From: Geobacteraceae bacterium
GTDB lineage: Bacteria; Desulfobacterota; Desulfuromonadia; Geobacterales; Geobacteraceae
Direction: 5' to 3'
DNA: 64,000 bases
NCBI GenBank assembly: GCA_028683555.1
Contig: JAQUHN010000002.1
Coordinates: 1,233 to 65,232 of the forward strand
Shown: positions 1 through 10,327 of the stretch, one piece after another
Numbering within the stretch: position 1 is the stretch's first letter
Layout: the number at the start of each line of letters is the position of its first letter
The notes under the pieces: generated by a model
Seen by the model: only the letters and a program-made list of their open reading frames with translations
Told to the model about the DNA's origin: nothing
Database searches by the model: none
Program-made: the position numbers and the translations under genes

Positions 1-430
1 GAACAGTGACGGTACCGCCTTTCGTGACCGGGACGGCTATGGCGCCGAGCGGGGTTCCAAGATTGAGGTTGGCATGTAATTGATAGGGGATTTCTTTCAA
101 CCCCGGGTTGTGTTTGATTATTTCGAGAATATCGGCGTAAGAAACCCTGACCGGAATAAGCATGTCTGTCGATGTTTTGCCGTAAAAGGACAGGCTGTCC
201 TTCGATTCTCCCCGTGCCAGGGGGAGCGTCATCAGCCGTACTTCATAGGAGTAGCCTTGCAAAGGCAGGTCGAAGGTGTTGGGATTTGTTACGTCCAGCA
301 GAAAGTTGAGAGATATTCCGTCTCCGTTGAGGCCGGCAAATCTGACATCCTTGAGTGCCACCGTCGGTTTTTGTACTGCCATGCTACATGCCGTCAGGAA
401 GAGCAGCGATAGAAATAACAGTTTTTTCAT
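1..430 (-). CDS. LEA type-2 / WHy-domain lipoprotein (C-terminal part runs off the window)
   Basis: Manual minus-strand translation from ATG 430-428: MKKLLFLSLLFLTACSMAVQKPTVALKDVRFAGLNGDGISLNFLLDVTNPNTFDLPLQGYSYEV... Lipobox LTAC. Frame is open to position 1. Absent from the ORF track because it is truncated. Confidence 0.7.
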   Translation of the reverse strand, partial: MKKLLFLSLLFLTACSMAVQKPTVALKDVRFAGLNGDGISLNFLLDVTNPNTFDLPLQGYSYEVRLMTLPLARGESKDSLSFYGKTSTDMLIPVRVSYADILEIIKHNPGLKEIPYQLHANLNLGTPLGAIAVPVTKGGTVTV

Positions 431-575
431 GGGTCTGTCTCCGAATTTTATTAAATTTGAACTGTTTTCCGTTCTTTGCCCGGTGACCGGTCGGCAGATC
501 GGGCAATAAAAAAGCAGATCCCTTGCGGGATCTGCACAGTGCATTGTTTGCTAGACTTTCCCCGGGTCCAGGTTG

Positions 576-1223
576 TTAAGAAGGGCGCAGGAAAAGGTTT
601 GAGGCGTTTTCAGCCATCATCGGCGGATACTTCATCATTTCCCGTAGGATTTCCTGTCTGTAGCGTATCCGTTTCTTTTCATAGGCATCAGCCTGGGGAC
701 CTACTCCGCAATAGAGTTTCTTTGCTTTTTTGAGGTTTCCCCGGGCCATCTTTATCTTGGTGAGAAGCTCGCGAACCGCGGCGTCAGCACACTTGTCATC
801 GATAACCATGTCCTCGGGATTGTAGCCGTGGCTTCTTGCCCGGCTTGGCATTAATTGCCAGACACCCATGGCCCCCCGGTTTGATACTGCTTTTGCGGAG
901 AGTCTGTAGGTGCCGGTTTCCGCCAAGGCGATTTCAGCGATGTCCATGGGCATCAAGGGTGTGTCGAGTGTTTTCTGGTAACAAAGCACGCCCAGCCTGC
1001 GGGCTCTCTGCGGGGTTGTTCTCTTGGCGAATGTCGCAATAATTGCTGGAAGCTGCCTTCTTCGCTCTTCCAGGTTTGCCCCTTTTTCAAATACTCGACG
1101 GATTTCCTTGTCCAGATCGGAATGCGCCAGCATGACGGATGACTGGGGTTGGCGAATCTGTGACTGGTCACATGACATGGTGGATAGTGCAACCGCTGCG
1201 AACAAAATAATGTTTTTCTTCAT
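576..1223 (-). CDS. lytic transglycosylase (SLT-domain) lipoprotein
   Basis: ORF 576..1427. The internal ATG at 1223 gives the lipoprotein signal MKKNIILFAAVALSTMSC. SLT-like pattern AEIALAETGTY...GAMGVWQLMPSRARSHGY. Confidence 0.8.
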   Translation of the reverse strand: MKKNIILFAAVALSTMSCDQSQIRQPQSSVMLAHSDLDKEIRRVFEKGANLEERRRQLPAIIATFAKRTTPQRARRLGVLCYQKTLDTPLMPMDIAEIALAETGTYRLSAKAVSNRGAMGVWQLMPSRARSHGYNPEDMVIDDKCADAAVRELLTKIKMARGNLKKAKKLYCGVGPQADAYEKKRIRYRQEILREMMKYPPMMAENASNLFLRPS

Positions 1224-1729
1224 AATTGGGTGGGTTTTCGGTTTTTTCAGGTTGTTGCCGGACCAACGAAAGCTACTTTTCGTTGTGGAATGTTTCCCTG
1301 TTTTCCGGCGTGAATCTCCTTTCGATTTTTTCCGCGTTGGTGGCGGCCTGTTTGAGTGGTGCTGGTCGTTGGGTAAAAGTATCCTGTCCAGGGTTTTGCC
1401 CTTGCGAGTTCTCAGATGGATCGGCAATGGTTGTTGGACTGTGGGGTGTGTACGAAGGGGCGAAAAAAGATGCCGGTGTCCAGAGAGCCGCTGGTCTGTC
1501 AGGCAGGATCATGTCTCTGCCGGGGGATTCAGTGGACTCCGAATGGTGATGTCTCACCATCTATGCCGCCGGTGCCATGGAGAAAAACTCGCGATGGGTT
1601 ATTTTGAAAGTATTCCACAATAAACCATGTGCCGTGACAATGTCAAGTGCGGAGCACGCCTGATTTGCCGGGCATGGCGTAACATGCTGAAATGGCGGGT
1701 CAAAAAAAGTCAAAAATGAGAGGGCTCGC

Positions 1730-2809
1730 TCAGTGATGCATTGTAAGGGTCAGCCATATTGCTGACAGGGCAAAGATGAAATTTGCTGCCCAGGCTGAAA
1801 CCAGGGGCGGCAGGATCCCCGTTTCCCCGAAAGAAATGAGGATGGCATTGATGATGAAATAGGCGAAGCCGATGCCGATACTGAGGCCGATGCCCAGTGC
1901 AATACCGCTGGAACGTCCCCCGCGCAGGGAGAACGGGATGCCGACAAATGCCATGATCAGGCAGGCAAAAGGCATGGAAATCTTGGCAAACATCTGTGCC
2001 TGGTACCGCGTCGCATCATAGCCTGCTTCGCGCAATTTTTCCGTATAACGCTTCAGTTTGAAAAAACCCATGTCATCGGCATATTTGTCCCATACCTTCA
2101 AATCATTGATTTTAAGGTTTAAAGAGATCGGCAGGGTGTCGATTTTCCTGGTTTCGGCAATCTTGCCGTTGGTGATGACTCTTTCCACGACATTATTCAA
2201 TGTCCAGTATTGCCCGTTCCAGATTCCTTCCTCCGCCTCCAGCCTCTTGGCTGGTTGCATCTGATCGGTTGTCTGCCAGAGCGTTACCCCTTTCAGGGTC
2301 CGTGTCGTTGGAATAAAGAGTCGGGCCTGCAGGATATAGTTTTCATCCCGGTACCAGATATTGTTGAGGCGGAAAAAGGTGCTCGGATTTTTTCCTTGAA
2401 TCAACACTTCCTCAACATATTTCAATTTCTGGGAGGTGTTCGGAATAATGGTTTCGTTGGAAAAAAAAGTGAACAGACTCAGGCTCAAAGCGATGACAAG
2501 CAGCGGTTTCGCAATCCGTTTCAGGCTGATACCACAGCTTTGCATTGCGATAATTTCGCTCGAGCGTGACAGGATGCCCAGCGTCAGCAGGGTTGACATG
2601 AGAACGGCCAGCGGCATGACCTGGTTGACGATTGCCGGTATTTTGCACAAAAAGTAAAGCAGGATGAACTGTGGTTTGCCGTGCGCTTGGGAAAAGCGGC
2701 TGATCTTTTCCAGAAAATCGATAACCAGGTAAATTGCGACGAAGGAACCCACGGTCAGCCCGAGAAGTTTCAGGTACGTGGCGGTGATATAGCGGCTGAG
2801 TACGGTCAT
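1730..2809 (-). CDS. lptG: LPS export ABC permease LptG (YjgP/YjgQ family)
   Basis: ORF 1730..2953. Likely start at 2809 (MTVLSRYITATYLKLLGL...), forming an ATGA overlap with the stop of the upstream paralog at 2806-2808. Multi-TM YjgP/YjgQ-like sequence. Confidence 0.8.
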   Translation of the reverse strand: MTVLSRYITATYLKLLGLTVGSFVAIYLVIDFLEKISRFSQAHGKPQFILLYFLCKIPAIVNQVMPLAVLMSTLLTLGILSRSSEIIAMQSCGISLKRIAKPLLVIALSLSLFTFFSNETIIPNTSQKLKYVEEVLIQGKNPSTFFRLNNIWYRDENYILQARLFIPTTRTLKGVTLWQTTDQMQPAKRLEAEEGIWNGQYWTLNNVVERVITNGKIAETRKIDTLPISLNLKINDLKVWDKYADDMGFFKLKRYTEKLREAGYDATRYQAQMFAKISMPFACLIMAFVGIPFSLRGGRSSGIALGIGLSIGIGFAYFIINAILISFGETGILPPLVSAWAANFIFALSAIWLTLTMHH

Positions 2810-3993
2810 CTGGTTTTCCTCCAGGCGCTGAACCTGGCGTGTGCCCATGCCACGAGACGCGTCGGCAGGTCGAATATTTTCATTCTCTGTTCCGATGCGG
2901 TGGTTTTGAAAAAGTAGACGCCCAGGGTAATAAACAGGAGGTTGGGCAGCCACATGGCAAGTACCGGGGGAACGATGGCTTTCTGGCCCAGGGTTTTTCC
3001 GACTGAAAGCGCGATATAATAAAGCAGCAGGACTGCAAGGCAGAGCGAAAAACCGGAAGATTTTCCGGAACGCCTGTTTTGCAGGCCGAGGGGGACCCCG
3101 ACGAGAGCAAAGACAAAGCAGGCAAACGGGAAAGCCAGGCGGCGATGGAACTCCAGGTGGAGGTTGCGTATGATGCTGGGATCGAACCCGGTAAGTTTCA
3201 TTGCGTATCGCAGTTCCTTGAACGTCATGTCAAGTTCGTTCGCGGTTGGTACTATTTTATACGTCTGGTTGAAGTTGACGCTCAGGTCGTAGCTGTCGAA
3301 TTCCATCAGCTGATAATCGGACTTTCCCCGTAAGCGGTGAACACCGCCATCAATAAGACGGAGGCGAAGGGTTTTTCTGTCCGGGTCGGTCATGATCATG
3401 CCGCTGCGGGCAAAGATGGTTGAGGGCTCCTCCGCATCTCTTTCATCGTAAATAAGGACCCCGGAAATGTGATGGTTCGCTTCATCGTAACGGGAGACAT
3501 ACAGTACCAGACCGGGGAAATCATCGTTGAAAACCCGGTCCTTGAGGCTTATGTTCACCCTCACGTTGATAACGTCGTAGAGCAGGGTTTTGAATGCGGT
3601 ATTGCCCCATGGCAGCGCGTATACGGTGATGATTGTTGTGGCGGTATAGGCAAGAAAGGCAAAAACAATTACCGGTGGAAGGATACCGTAGAGGCTTATC
3701 CCGCCGGATTTCAGGGCGGTAATTTCGTTATCTGCGGATAATCTTCCGAACGCGAGCAGCAGCGCCAGCAGGAATGACATGGGAATCGTAATGAACGAGA
3801 AGGAGGGCAGCATATAGAGCAGCAGCCGGACCACGTCGGCAACCGGTACGCCTTTCGCGATTACCATGTCGGCAAGGTTCATGAACCGCCCCATGAGCAA
3901 TACGAATGTGAAAACGGCGAAACCGAGGAAAAAAGGAATGGTGATTTCTTTGAAAATATAGAGGTGCAGAGTTTTCTTCATGGCAGCGGGCAT
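2806..3993 (-). CDS. lptF: LPS export ABC permease LptF (YjgP/YjgQ family)
   Basis: 395-aa ORF, MKKTLHLYIFKEITIPFFLGF..., paralogous to the next gene. Alternative start ATG at 3981. Confidence 0.8.
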   Translation of the reverse strand: MPAAMKKTLHLYIFKEITIPFFLGFAVFTFVLLMGRFMNLADMVIAKGVPVADVVRLLLYMLPSFSFITIPMSFLLALLLAFGRLSADNEITALKSGGISLYGILPPVIVFAFLAYTATTIITVYALPWGNTAFKTLLYDVINVRVNISLKDRVFNDDFPGLVLYVSRYDEANHHISGVLIYDERDAEEPSTIFARSGMIMTDPDRKTLRLRLIDGGVHRLRGKSDYQLMEFDSYDLSVNFNQTYKIVPTANELDMTFKELRYAMKLTGFDPSIIRNLHLEFHRRLAFPFACFVFALVGVPLGLQNRRSGKSSGFSLCLAVLLLYYIALSVGKTLGQKAIVPPVLAMWLPNLLFITLGVYFFKTTASEQRMKIFDLPTRLVAWAHARFSAWRKTR

Positions 3994-4240
3994 GATACAT
4001 GAGCATAGCTAAAATAGCAACCGTTGCGGGTGTTTCCATGTGCTGCCGGCTCTGTAACCCATTCCTCGCCGAGGTGGTTGCCAAGGGATGATATGAAAAA
4101 TTGCCTTGCCAAATTATGCTGATATATGGTATACAGATTCGCTATTTAACCACACACGCGTCCCTATGCTTCGGGGGTGTCCGCATGGTGCGGATTCCGG
4201 AGATGTCAGGGGTGCGGAGGGCAAACCAAAGGAGAGAATC

Positions 4241-5038
4241 ATGTCGAACATTACCATGAAAGAGTTGTTGGAGGCCGGTGTCCATTTCGGTCATCAGACC
4301 AGACGTTGGAACCCGAAGATGAAACCGTATATCTTCGGCGCGAGAAATGGCATTTATATCATCGACCTGCAGAAAACGGTACGTCTTTTCAAGAACGCTT
4401 ATAATTTTGTCAGGGAAACCGCGCAAGCCGGCGAGAGCATCCTCTTTGTCGGCACCAAGAAGCAGGCCCAGGATTCCGTTGCCGAAGAGGCCCAACGCTG
4501 CAATATGTTTTACGTGAATCAGCGCTGGCTCGGAGGCATGTTGACCAACTTTGCCACCGTTCGCCAGAGTATCGATCGACTGAAGCGGCTTGACGCAATG
4601 TTTGCCGACGGCTCCATTGAGAGCTATACCAAAAAAGAAATCCTCACTCTGGAAAAGCAGCGTCAAAAGCTTGAAAAATCACTTGGCGGAATCAAGGGCA
4701 TGAATAAGCTTCCGGGCGCCATCTTCGTCGTTGATCCGAAAAATGAGGCAATAGCTGTTTGCGAAGCGAAAAAACTGGGTATTCCGGTTGTTTCCGTTGT
4801 CGATACCAACTGTGATCCTGACCCCATTGACTATATCATTCCGGGAAATGACGATGCGATCCGTGCCATTCGTCTTCTTGCCAGCAAAATGGCAAGTGCC
4901 GTCATCGAGGGCGCGCAAGCCAGGGCGATCGAACTGCAGACTGACGCCGAGGGCGATGTTCAGGTCGAGGAAGCCGCTGCCGAACCGCAGGTTGAAGCAG
5001 TTCCCGCAGAGGCTGCGCCTGTCGAGGCTGGCGAATAA
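4241..5038 (+). CDS. rpsB: 30S ribosomal protein S2
   Basis: [27 protein letters not shown]... AAGGAGAG Shine-Dalgarno before ATG 4241. The upstream part of the ORF (from 4106) is not S2-like. Confidence 0.95.
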   Translation: MSNITMKELLEAGVHFGHQTRRWNPKMKPYIFGARNGIYIIDLQKTVRLFKNAYNFVRETAQAGESILFVGTKKQAQDSVAEEAQRCNMFYVNQRWLGGMLTNFATVRQSIDRLKRLDAMFADGSIESYTKKEILTLEKQRQKLEKSLGGIKGMNKLPGAIFVVDPKNEAIAVCEAKKLGIPVVSVVDTNCDPDPIDYIIPGNDDAIRAIRLLASKMASAVIEGAQARAIELQTDAEGDVQVEEAAAEPQVEAVPAEAAPVEAGE

Positions 5039-5168
5039 ATCGGCTGCTGCATTCCATCCGGTCCTGACGTCCGTGTCGCGGATGAGATGCCGATCCGGAT
5101 CAGATTATATTTTTACAACGTAAACACGGCAGGGAGTTTTTTTCCGTGCCGGTGGAGGGAGGATACAC

Positions 5169-5819
5169 GTGTCTATTACAGCTGCACAGGTAAGCGAATT
5201 GAGGAAAGCGACCGGCGCCGGTCTTATGGATTGCAAGAAGGCTCTGGCAGAGACCGGGGGCGATCATGAGAAGGCAATCGATTTTTTGCGCAAGAAGGGC
5301 CTTGCCGCCGCTTCCAAGAAAGCCGGGCGTATTGCCTCGGAAGGTACCGTTGGTTCCTACATTCATGCCGGCGGCAAGATTGGCGTGCTGGTAGAAGTGA
5401 ACTGCGAAACCGATTTCGTTGCCAAGAACGATGCTTTCCAGGGTTTTGTCAAAGACATTGCTATGCATATCGCGGCAGCAGCTCCCCAGTTTGTGAGCCG
5501 TGAAGAGGTTTCGCCCGAGCTCCTTGAAAGAGAAAAGGAAATATACCGGGCGAAGGCCAAGGAAACCGGAAAGCCTGATAATATCATTGAAAAAATCGTC
5601 GAAGGCCAGGTTTCGAAGTTTTATGGTGAAATCTGCCTGCTGGAGCAGGTTTTCGTGAAGGATACCGATAAGACGATTCAGACCTACCTGAACGAAACCA
5701 TTGCTTCCATCGGCGAAAATATGTCCATTCGACGTTTCGCCCGGTTTGTTCTCGGCGAAGGCCTTGCAAAAAAAGACACCGATTTCGCCGCTGAAGTTGC
5801 CGCCGTAGCCGGTTCGTAA
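5169..5819 (+). CDS. tsf: translation elongation factor Ts
   Basis: GTG start. [43 protein letters not shown]... is the typical EF-Ts UBA-like N-terminus. Confidence 0.95.
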   Translation: MSITAAQVSELRKATGAGLMDCKKALAETGGDHEKAIDFLRKKGLAAASKKAGRIASEGTVGSYIHAGGKIGVLVEVNCETDFVAKNDAFQGFVKDIAMHIAAAAPQFVSREEVSPELLEREKEIYRAKAKETGKPDNIIEKIVEGQVSKFYGEICLLEQVFVKDTDKTIQTYLNETIASIGENMSIRRFARFVLGEGLAKKDTDFAAEVAAVAGS

Positions 5820-5836
5820 GGTATTTTTGAGGACTG

Positions 5837-5880
5837 GGCCGAAATCCTGAAAGGTACTCTTTCCGGGTTTCGGCCTTTTC
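5837..5880 (+). terminator. putative intrinsic terminator after tsf
   Basis: ggccgaaatcc...gggtttcggcc imperfect inverted repeat followed by ttttcgttt. Confidence 0.5.
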
Positions 5881-5962
5881 GTTTGACACGATTGTGTCTT
5901 TAGCTGTTCGATGTCCGTTGCCGGGGAGTTCGTCCTCCACGGGAGAGTGAGAAAAGAGAAAC

Positions 5963-6682
5963 ATGAACAGATCGCGGTACAAAAGAGTACTGTTGAAGTT
6001 GTCCGGCGAGGCCTTGGCTGGCGAGCAGAAATATGGTATAGATCCGAAGACCATTACCGATATTGCCGCAGAGATCAAGGATGTAGTTGCCTGTGGAGCA
6101 GAAATGGCTCTTGTTATCGGTGGCGGCAATATCTTCCGCGGACTCGCGGCCTCATCCAAAGGAATGGACAGGGCCAGTGCCGACTATATGGGGATGCTTG
6201 CCACCATGATCAACTCCCTGGCAATGCAGGATGCTTTGGAAAAAATTGGCGTGGACACGCGAGTCCAGTCTGCTATCGAGATGCGCGAAGTTGCCGAGCC
6301 GTACATTCGTCGCCGTGCAATCAGGCATCTGGAAAAGGGCCGGGTCATCATACTCGGCGCCGGTACCGGGAACCCCTACTTCACTACTGATACCGCGGCA
6401 AGTTTGCGGGCCATGGAGATTGGCGCCGAGGTGATTCTGAAGGGGACCAAGGTAGATGGTGTCTACTCAGCTGATCCCATGAAAGACCCCAATGCCTCAA
6501 AGTTTTCACGGTTGAGCTACATCGATGTTTTGAAGAAGGGGCTGCAGGTAATGGACGCTACCGCCACGTCCCTCTGCATGGATAACGGCTTGCCGATCAT
6601 CATCTTTGATGTTACCACTGTGGGCAACATTAAAAAGGTTGTTCTCGGTGAAGAAATAGGTACTATCGTAAAAGGAGAGTGA
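5963..6682 (+). CDS. pyrH: UMP kinase
   Basis: [22 protein letters not shown]...[10 protein letters not shown]... is the classic PyrH pattern. Confidence 0.95.
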   Translation: MNRSRYKRVLLKLSGEALAGEQKYGIDPKTITDIAAEIKDVVACGAEMALVIGGGNIFRGLAASSKGMDRASADYMGMLATMINSLAMQDALEKIGVDTRVQSAIEMREVAEPYIRRRAIRHLEKGRVIILGAGTGNPYFTTDTAASLRAMEIGAEVILKGTKVDGVYSADPMKDPNASKFSRLSYIDVLKKGLQVMDATATSLCMDNGLPIIIFDVTTVGNIKKVVLGEEIGTIVKGE

Positions 6683-6683
6683 T

Positions 6684-7241
6684 ATGACCAAGGATGTCCT
6701 TGCTTCCATGAAAAGTCACATGGAGAAGACCCTCGATGCCCTCCGCAAGGAGTATCAGAAGGTCCGGACTGGCCGCGCCAGTACGGCTCTGCTGGAAGAT
6801 ATCAAAGTCAATTATTACGATACCCCGACGCCCATCAATCAGGTTGCAGCTGTAGCTGTTCCGGAGCCCAGGGTCATAACCATTCAACCCTGGGAGGCCA
6901 AGCTGATACCCCAGATAGAGAAAGCAATTCTCAATGCGAATATCGGCCTCACTCCGACAAACGACGGCAAGCTGATTCGTCTGGCTGTGCCGGCTTTAAC
7001 CGAGGAACGGCGCAAAGAGATTGTCAAACAGCTGAAGAAGATGGCTGAAGACTCAAAGATCGCGTTGCGGAATATTCGACGCGATGCCATCGACTCTCTG
7101 AAAAAGCTGGAAAAAGATAAAAATATTTCCGAAGATGACTTGAAGCGTTCAGAGAAGGATGTCCAGGACGTAACGAATTCTTATGTGGCCAAGGTTGACG
7201 ATGTTGTGGCCGCCAAAGAAAAAGAGGTCATGGAAGTCTGA
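6684..7241 (+). CDS. frr: ribosome recycling factor
   Basis: [43 protein letters not shown]... Starts 1 nt after pyrH. Confidence 0.95.
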   Translation: MTKDVLASMKSHMEKTLDALRKEYQKVRTGRASTALLEDIKVNYYDTPTPINQVAAVAVPEPRVITIQPWEAKLIPQIEKAILNANIGLTPTNDGKLIRLAVPALTEERRKEIVKQLKKMAEDSKIALRNIRRDAIDSLKKLEKDKNISEDDLKRSEKDVQDVTNSYVAKVDDVVAAKEKEVMEV

Positions 7242-7331
7242 GTTTTGTCCTTGTGCTGCAACAATGCGACACCACTCTTCCTGCAGGATTTCGCGGGCGT
7301 TTTACTTGTACTTTTACAGTTTCATCCCAAT

Positions 7332-7359
7332 AACCCCTTTTCCAAAGGGGGTTTTTTTT
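7332..7359 (+). terminator. intrinsic terminator after frr
   Basis: aaccccttt-tcc-aaaggggg hairpin followed by a T8 run. It ends 10 nt before the uppS ATG. Confidence 0.6.
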
Positions 7360-7369
7360 AGGACCAGGT

Positions 7370-8110
7370 ATGCACAAACTCGATCCGGAAAAGTTGCCCA
7401 AACACCTCGCGATTATCATGGATGGTAATGGTCGCTGGGCTCAGGAACGGATGCTGAAGAGAATAGTCGGTCATCGAAAAGGGGTTGAGACGGTCAGGAC
7501 CATTGTCGAGGAAAGTTCGCTGCTCGGAATCAAGTTCCTTACGCTCTTTGCCTTTTCATCGGAAAACTGGCTTCGCCCGAAAACTGAGGTGCGGTCACTC
7601 ATGGCGTTGCTGAAAGCGTATCTGGCCAAGGAAACCAGTCGCTTGATGACCAATAACATCAGGTTTGCCGTTATTGGTGATCGCTCCGACCTTCCTGAAG
7701 ACGTTGACCGAGCAGTCGCCGACGCCATTGAGAAAACCTCACGGAATACCGGTATGGTCCTCACCCTGGCACTTTCCTACGGGTCGCGACAGGAAATTAC
7801 CAATGCGGTATCGCGTCTGGCTGATGACCTGCTGTCCGGACAGCTTTCCCGCGAAGAGATTTCCGAGGAACGCATCTCCTCGTATCTCTACACCAGCGAC
7901 ATTCCCGAGCCTGATTTCTTGATCCGAACCAGTGGCGAGATGCGTATCAGCAATTTTCTGCTTTGGCAAATTGCCTACACCGAGCTGTATTTTACCGAGG
8001 TCAACTGGCCGGATTTCAACAAGCAGGAATTTTACCGTGCCCTTGCCAATTACCAGGCAAGAGAACGTCGCTATGGCCAGATCAGCGATCAGGTTCGAAA
8101 GAGGAGGTAA
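7370..8110 (+). CDS. uppS: undecaprenyl-diphosphate synthase (isoprenyl transferase)
   Basis: PKHLAIIMDGNGRWA...FAFSSENWLRP...IRTSGEMRISNFLLWQIAYTELYF. Confidence 0.9.
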   Translation: MHKLDPEKLPKHLAIIMDGNGRWAQERMLKRIVGHRKGVETVRTIVEESSLLGIKFLTLFAFSSENWLRPKTEVRSLMALLKAYLAKETSRLMTNNIRFAVIGDRSDLPEDVDRAVADAIEKTSRNTGMVLTLALSYGSRQEITNAVSRLADDLLSGQLSREEISEERISSYLYTSDIPEPDFLIRTSGEMRISNFLLWQIAYTELYFTEVNWPDFNKQEFYRALANYQARERRYGQISDQVRKRR

Positions 8111-8112
8111 GT

Positions 8113-8898
8113 ATCAAACGCCTTGTTACGGGCTTGGTAGCCCTTCCCATTCTTATTGCATTTATTCTGAAATCAGGCTTTTTTCCTTTTTTCTGCCTGA
8201 TTTTCGCGCTGACGGCGGTGGGGCTCCTCGAGTTCTATCGGATGGCGATTCCTGAGCGAAAAAACGAGGGCTTGTTTGCCGCTCTTGCCGGTTCAATGCT
8301 GCTGCCGGTGCTGGTGTTCGATTTTCTGCCGTTTTCTCTCGGTCTCACCCTGCTGGTTCTCCTGTTTACCCTTCTTTCCCTGGTCAAGATAAAGGACATA
8401 AAACAGTCTGCCGCTGAAACCGGTCTGATTTTCCTCGGGTTTCTTTATCTGCCCCTGCTCATGAGCTATTTGGTCCTGCTGCGAAACATGACGCATGGAG
8501 TGGAGTGGATATTTCTCCTGCTGATTATTGTCATGTCAGGAGACACCGGGGCGTTTTATGTGGGGAGTTCTCTCGGCAAGAGAAAGCTGTATCCAATCGT
8601 CAGCCCGAACAAGAGCGTAGAGGGAATGATCGGCGGACTTGCCGGCAGTATTGTCGGCGCACTTCTTGCCTGTGCTACATTTTTTCCGGAACTTACACCT
8701 GCAAAAGCTGTCGTGGCAGCGATTCTCGTCGGGTTGGTCGGGCAGTTGGGAGACCTGTTTGAATCCTTGCTGAAGCGGAGCTTTGCTGTGAAGGATTCCG
8801 GCAACCTGTTTCCCGGGCACGGTGGTATGCTGGACCGTCTTGACAGTGTTCTTTTTGCGGCGCCGACATTATACCTGTTTGCACGATACCTGTTCTGA
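8113..8898 (+). CDS. cdsA: phosphatidate cytidylyltransferase (CDP-diglyceride synthase); start codon uncertain
   Basis: Multi-TM protein ending in the CdsA signature SLLKRSFAVKDSGNLFPGHGGMLDRLDS. The ORF-track ATG 7963 would overlap uppS by 148 nt. CdsA-like sequence begins around IKRLVTGLVALPIL. Only ATC 8113 (5 nt after GAGGAGG) or TTG 8134 are available as starts. Confidence 0.8.
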   Translation: MKRLVTGLVALPILIAFILKSGFFPFFCLIFALTAVGLLEFYRMAIPERKNEGLFAALAGSMLLPVLVFDFLPFSLGLTLLVLLFTLLSLVKIKDIKQSAAETGLIFLGFLYLPLLMSYLVLLRNMTHGVEWIFLLLIIVMSGDTGAFYVGSSLGKRKLYPIVSPNKSVEGMIGGLAGSIVGALLACATFFPELTPAKAVVAAILVGLVGQLGDLFESLLKRSFAVKDSGNLFPGHGGMLDRLDSVLFAAPTLYLFARYLF

Positions 8899-9163
8899 AT
8901 GTTTCCCGACTGCTTTGCCTGCTGTAATTTGCAGCGGAGCTGGAAAAGTGAAACCCCGCATTCCCCTGTTATCAATGGTTCCCGGTAGGCAACAATGGGC
9001 GGGAACTGTTTGTTGTTCAATTTTCTCTTTCGAAAACTTTTCAGGCTGCGCCGTTTCACGGCGCGTTTCCGGTGACTTCCTGTTTTGCTGGCAATAGACG
9101 AAGGTTTCCTTTATCCTTACCAGGTTGCCGATCACCTGCCTGTAGAAAAAACTGTCGAGGATT

Positions 9164-10318
9164 ATGATGAAAAAGCTTTCCGTACTCGGTTCAACCGGGT
9201 CTATCGGTGTCAGTACCCTGGAAATTGTTGCCGCCCATCGCGACAAATTTGAAATTGTTGCCCTTACCGGCGGCAATAATCTGCAGCTTCTGAAAAAACA
9301 GATTGAAGAGTTTTCCCCCCAGGTTGCAGCGGTAATTTCTGAACAGTCGGCACGCGAACTGCGAAGCATGCTGCCGGGGGTGAAGACAGAAATTCTCCAT
9401 GGGGTGCCGGGAATGATAGCCGCGGCCACCGCCGCAGACGCAACCATGGTGGTTGCCGCCATTGTAGGCGCCGCAGGGCTTGTGCCAACTGTTGCGGCAA
9501 TCAAGGCCGGCAAGGATATTGCGCTTGCCAACAAGGAAACCCTCGTCACCGCCGGTCACCTGATCATGGACATGGTCAAAGAGCAGGGGGTTCGGCTGTT
9601 CCCGGTTGACAGCGAACACAGTGCAATCTTTCAGTCTCTCGAGGGGCACCGGAGTGATGATGTAAGCCGGATCATTCTTACCGCATCCGGTGGGCCGTTC
9701 TTCCAGTATCCGCTTGATAAGCTGCGCGAGGTTTCCATTGCTGATGCGTTGAATCATCCCAACTGGAGCATGGGGCGAAAAATCACGATAGATTCCGCAA
9801 CCATGATGAACAAGGGGCTTGAAGTCATTGAAGCCAAATGGCTGTTCGACCTGCCGGTGGAAAAAATATCGGTTGTCATCCATCCCCAGAGCATCATCCA
9901 TTCGTTGGTGGAATATGTCGACGGTTGTGTTATTGCCCAGTTGGGGATTCCCGACATGAAAGCTCCGATTGCCTATGCCCTTACCTATCCGGAGCGGGTA
10001 GAGACCGGAGTTCGCGGGCTCGATCTGACAGCTATCGCATCACTGAACTTTTTCCAACCCGATTTAGAGCGTTTTCCGGCTTTGCAGTTGGCGTTCCGTG
10101 CTGCCGGAGAGGGTGAAAGCATGCCGGCGGTGATGAACGCCGCGAATGAAGTGGCAGTCGATGCTTTCCTGTCCGGAAAAATTAAATTTACCGATATCGC
10201 GATGCTTATCGAGAAGACGATGGATGCCCATAACGCCCATACCCTCAATTCCATTGATGAGGTTCTGAGTGCCGACCTGTGGGGCAGAAAGAAAACAAGA
10301 GAGCTGATTGGTCAGTAG
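9164..10318 (+). CDS. dxr: 1-deoxy-D-xylulose-5-phosphate reductoisomerase
   Basis: [20 protein letters not shown]...LANKETLV...DSEHSAIFQ...NHPNWSMG. Confidence 0.95.
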   Translation: MMKKLSVLGSTGSIGVSTLEIVAAHRDKFEIVALTGGNNLQLLKKQIEEFSPQVAAVISEQSARELRSMLPGVKTEILHGVPGMIAAATAADATMVVAAIVGAAGLVPTVAAIKAGKDIALANKETLVTAGHLIMDMVKEQGVRLFPVDSEHSAIFQSLEGHRSDDVSRIILTASGGPFFQYPLDKLREVSIADALNHPNWSMGRKITIDSATMMNKGLEVIEAKWLFDLPVEKISVVIHPQSIIHSLVEYVDGCVIAQLGIPDMKAPIAYALTYPERVETGVRGLDLTAIASLNFFQPDLERFPALQLAFRAAGEGESMPAVMNAANEVAVDAFLSGKIKFTDIAMLIEKTMDAHNAHTLNSIDEVLSADLWGRKKTRELIGQ

Positions 10319-10327
10319 GGAGAATGC

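Noticed and set aside
1273-1560. 95-aa P/S/T-rich minus-strand ORF in the 500-nt spacer between lptG and the transglycosylase gene
   Set aside because: No hydrophobic core, no Shine-Dalgarno and no family resemblance. The spacer's function is left unassigned.
7963-8110. ORF-track N-terminal extension of cdsA (and similar extensions for rpsB at 4106, leuA at 19135, the kinase at 29448 and others)
   Set aside because: The extensions overlap upstream genes or regulatory hairpins and lack homology-like sequence. Internal starts with Shine-Dalgarno sequences fit the conserved N-termini.
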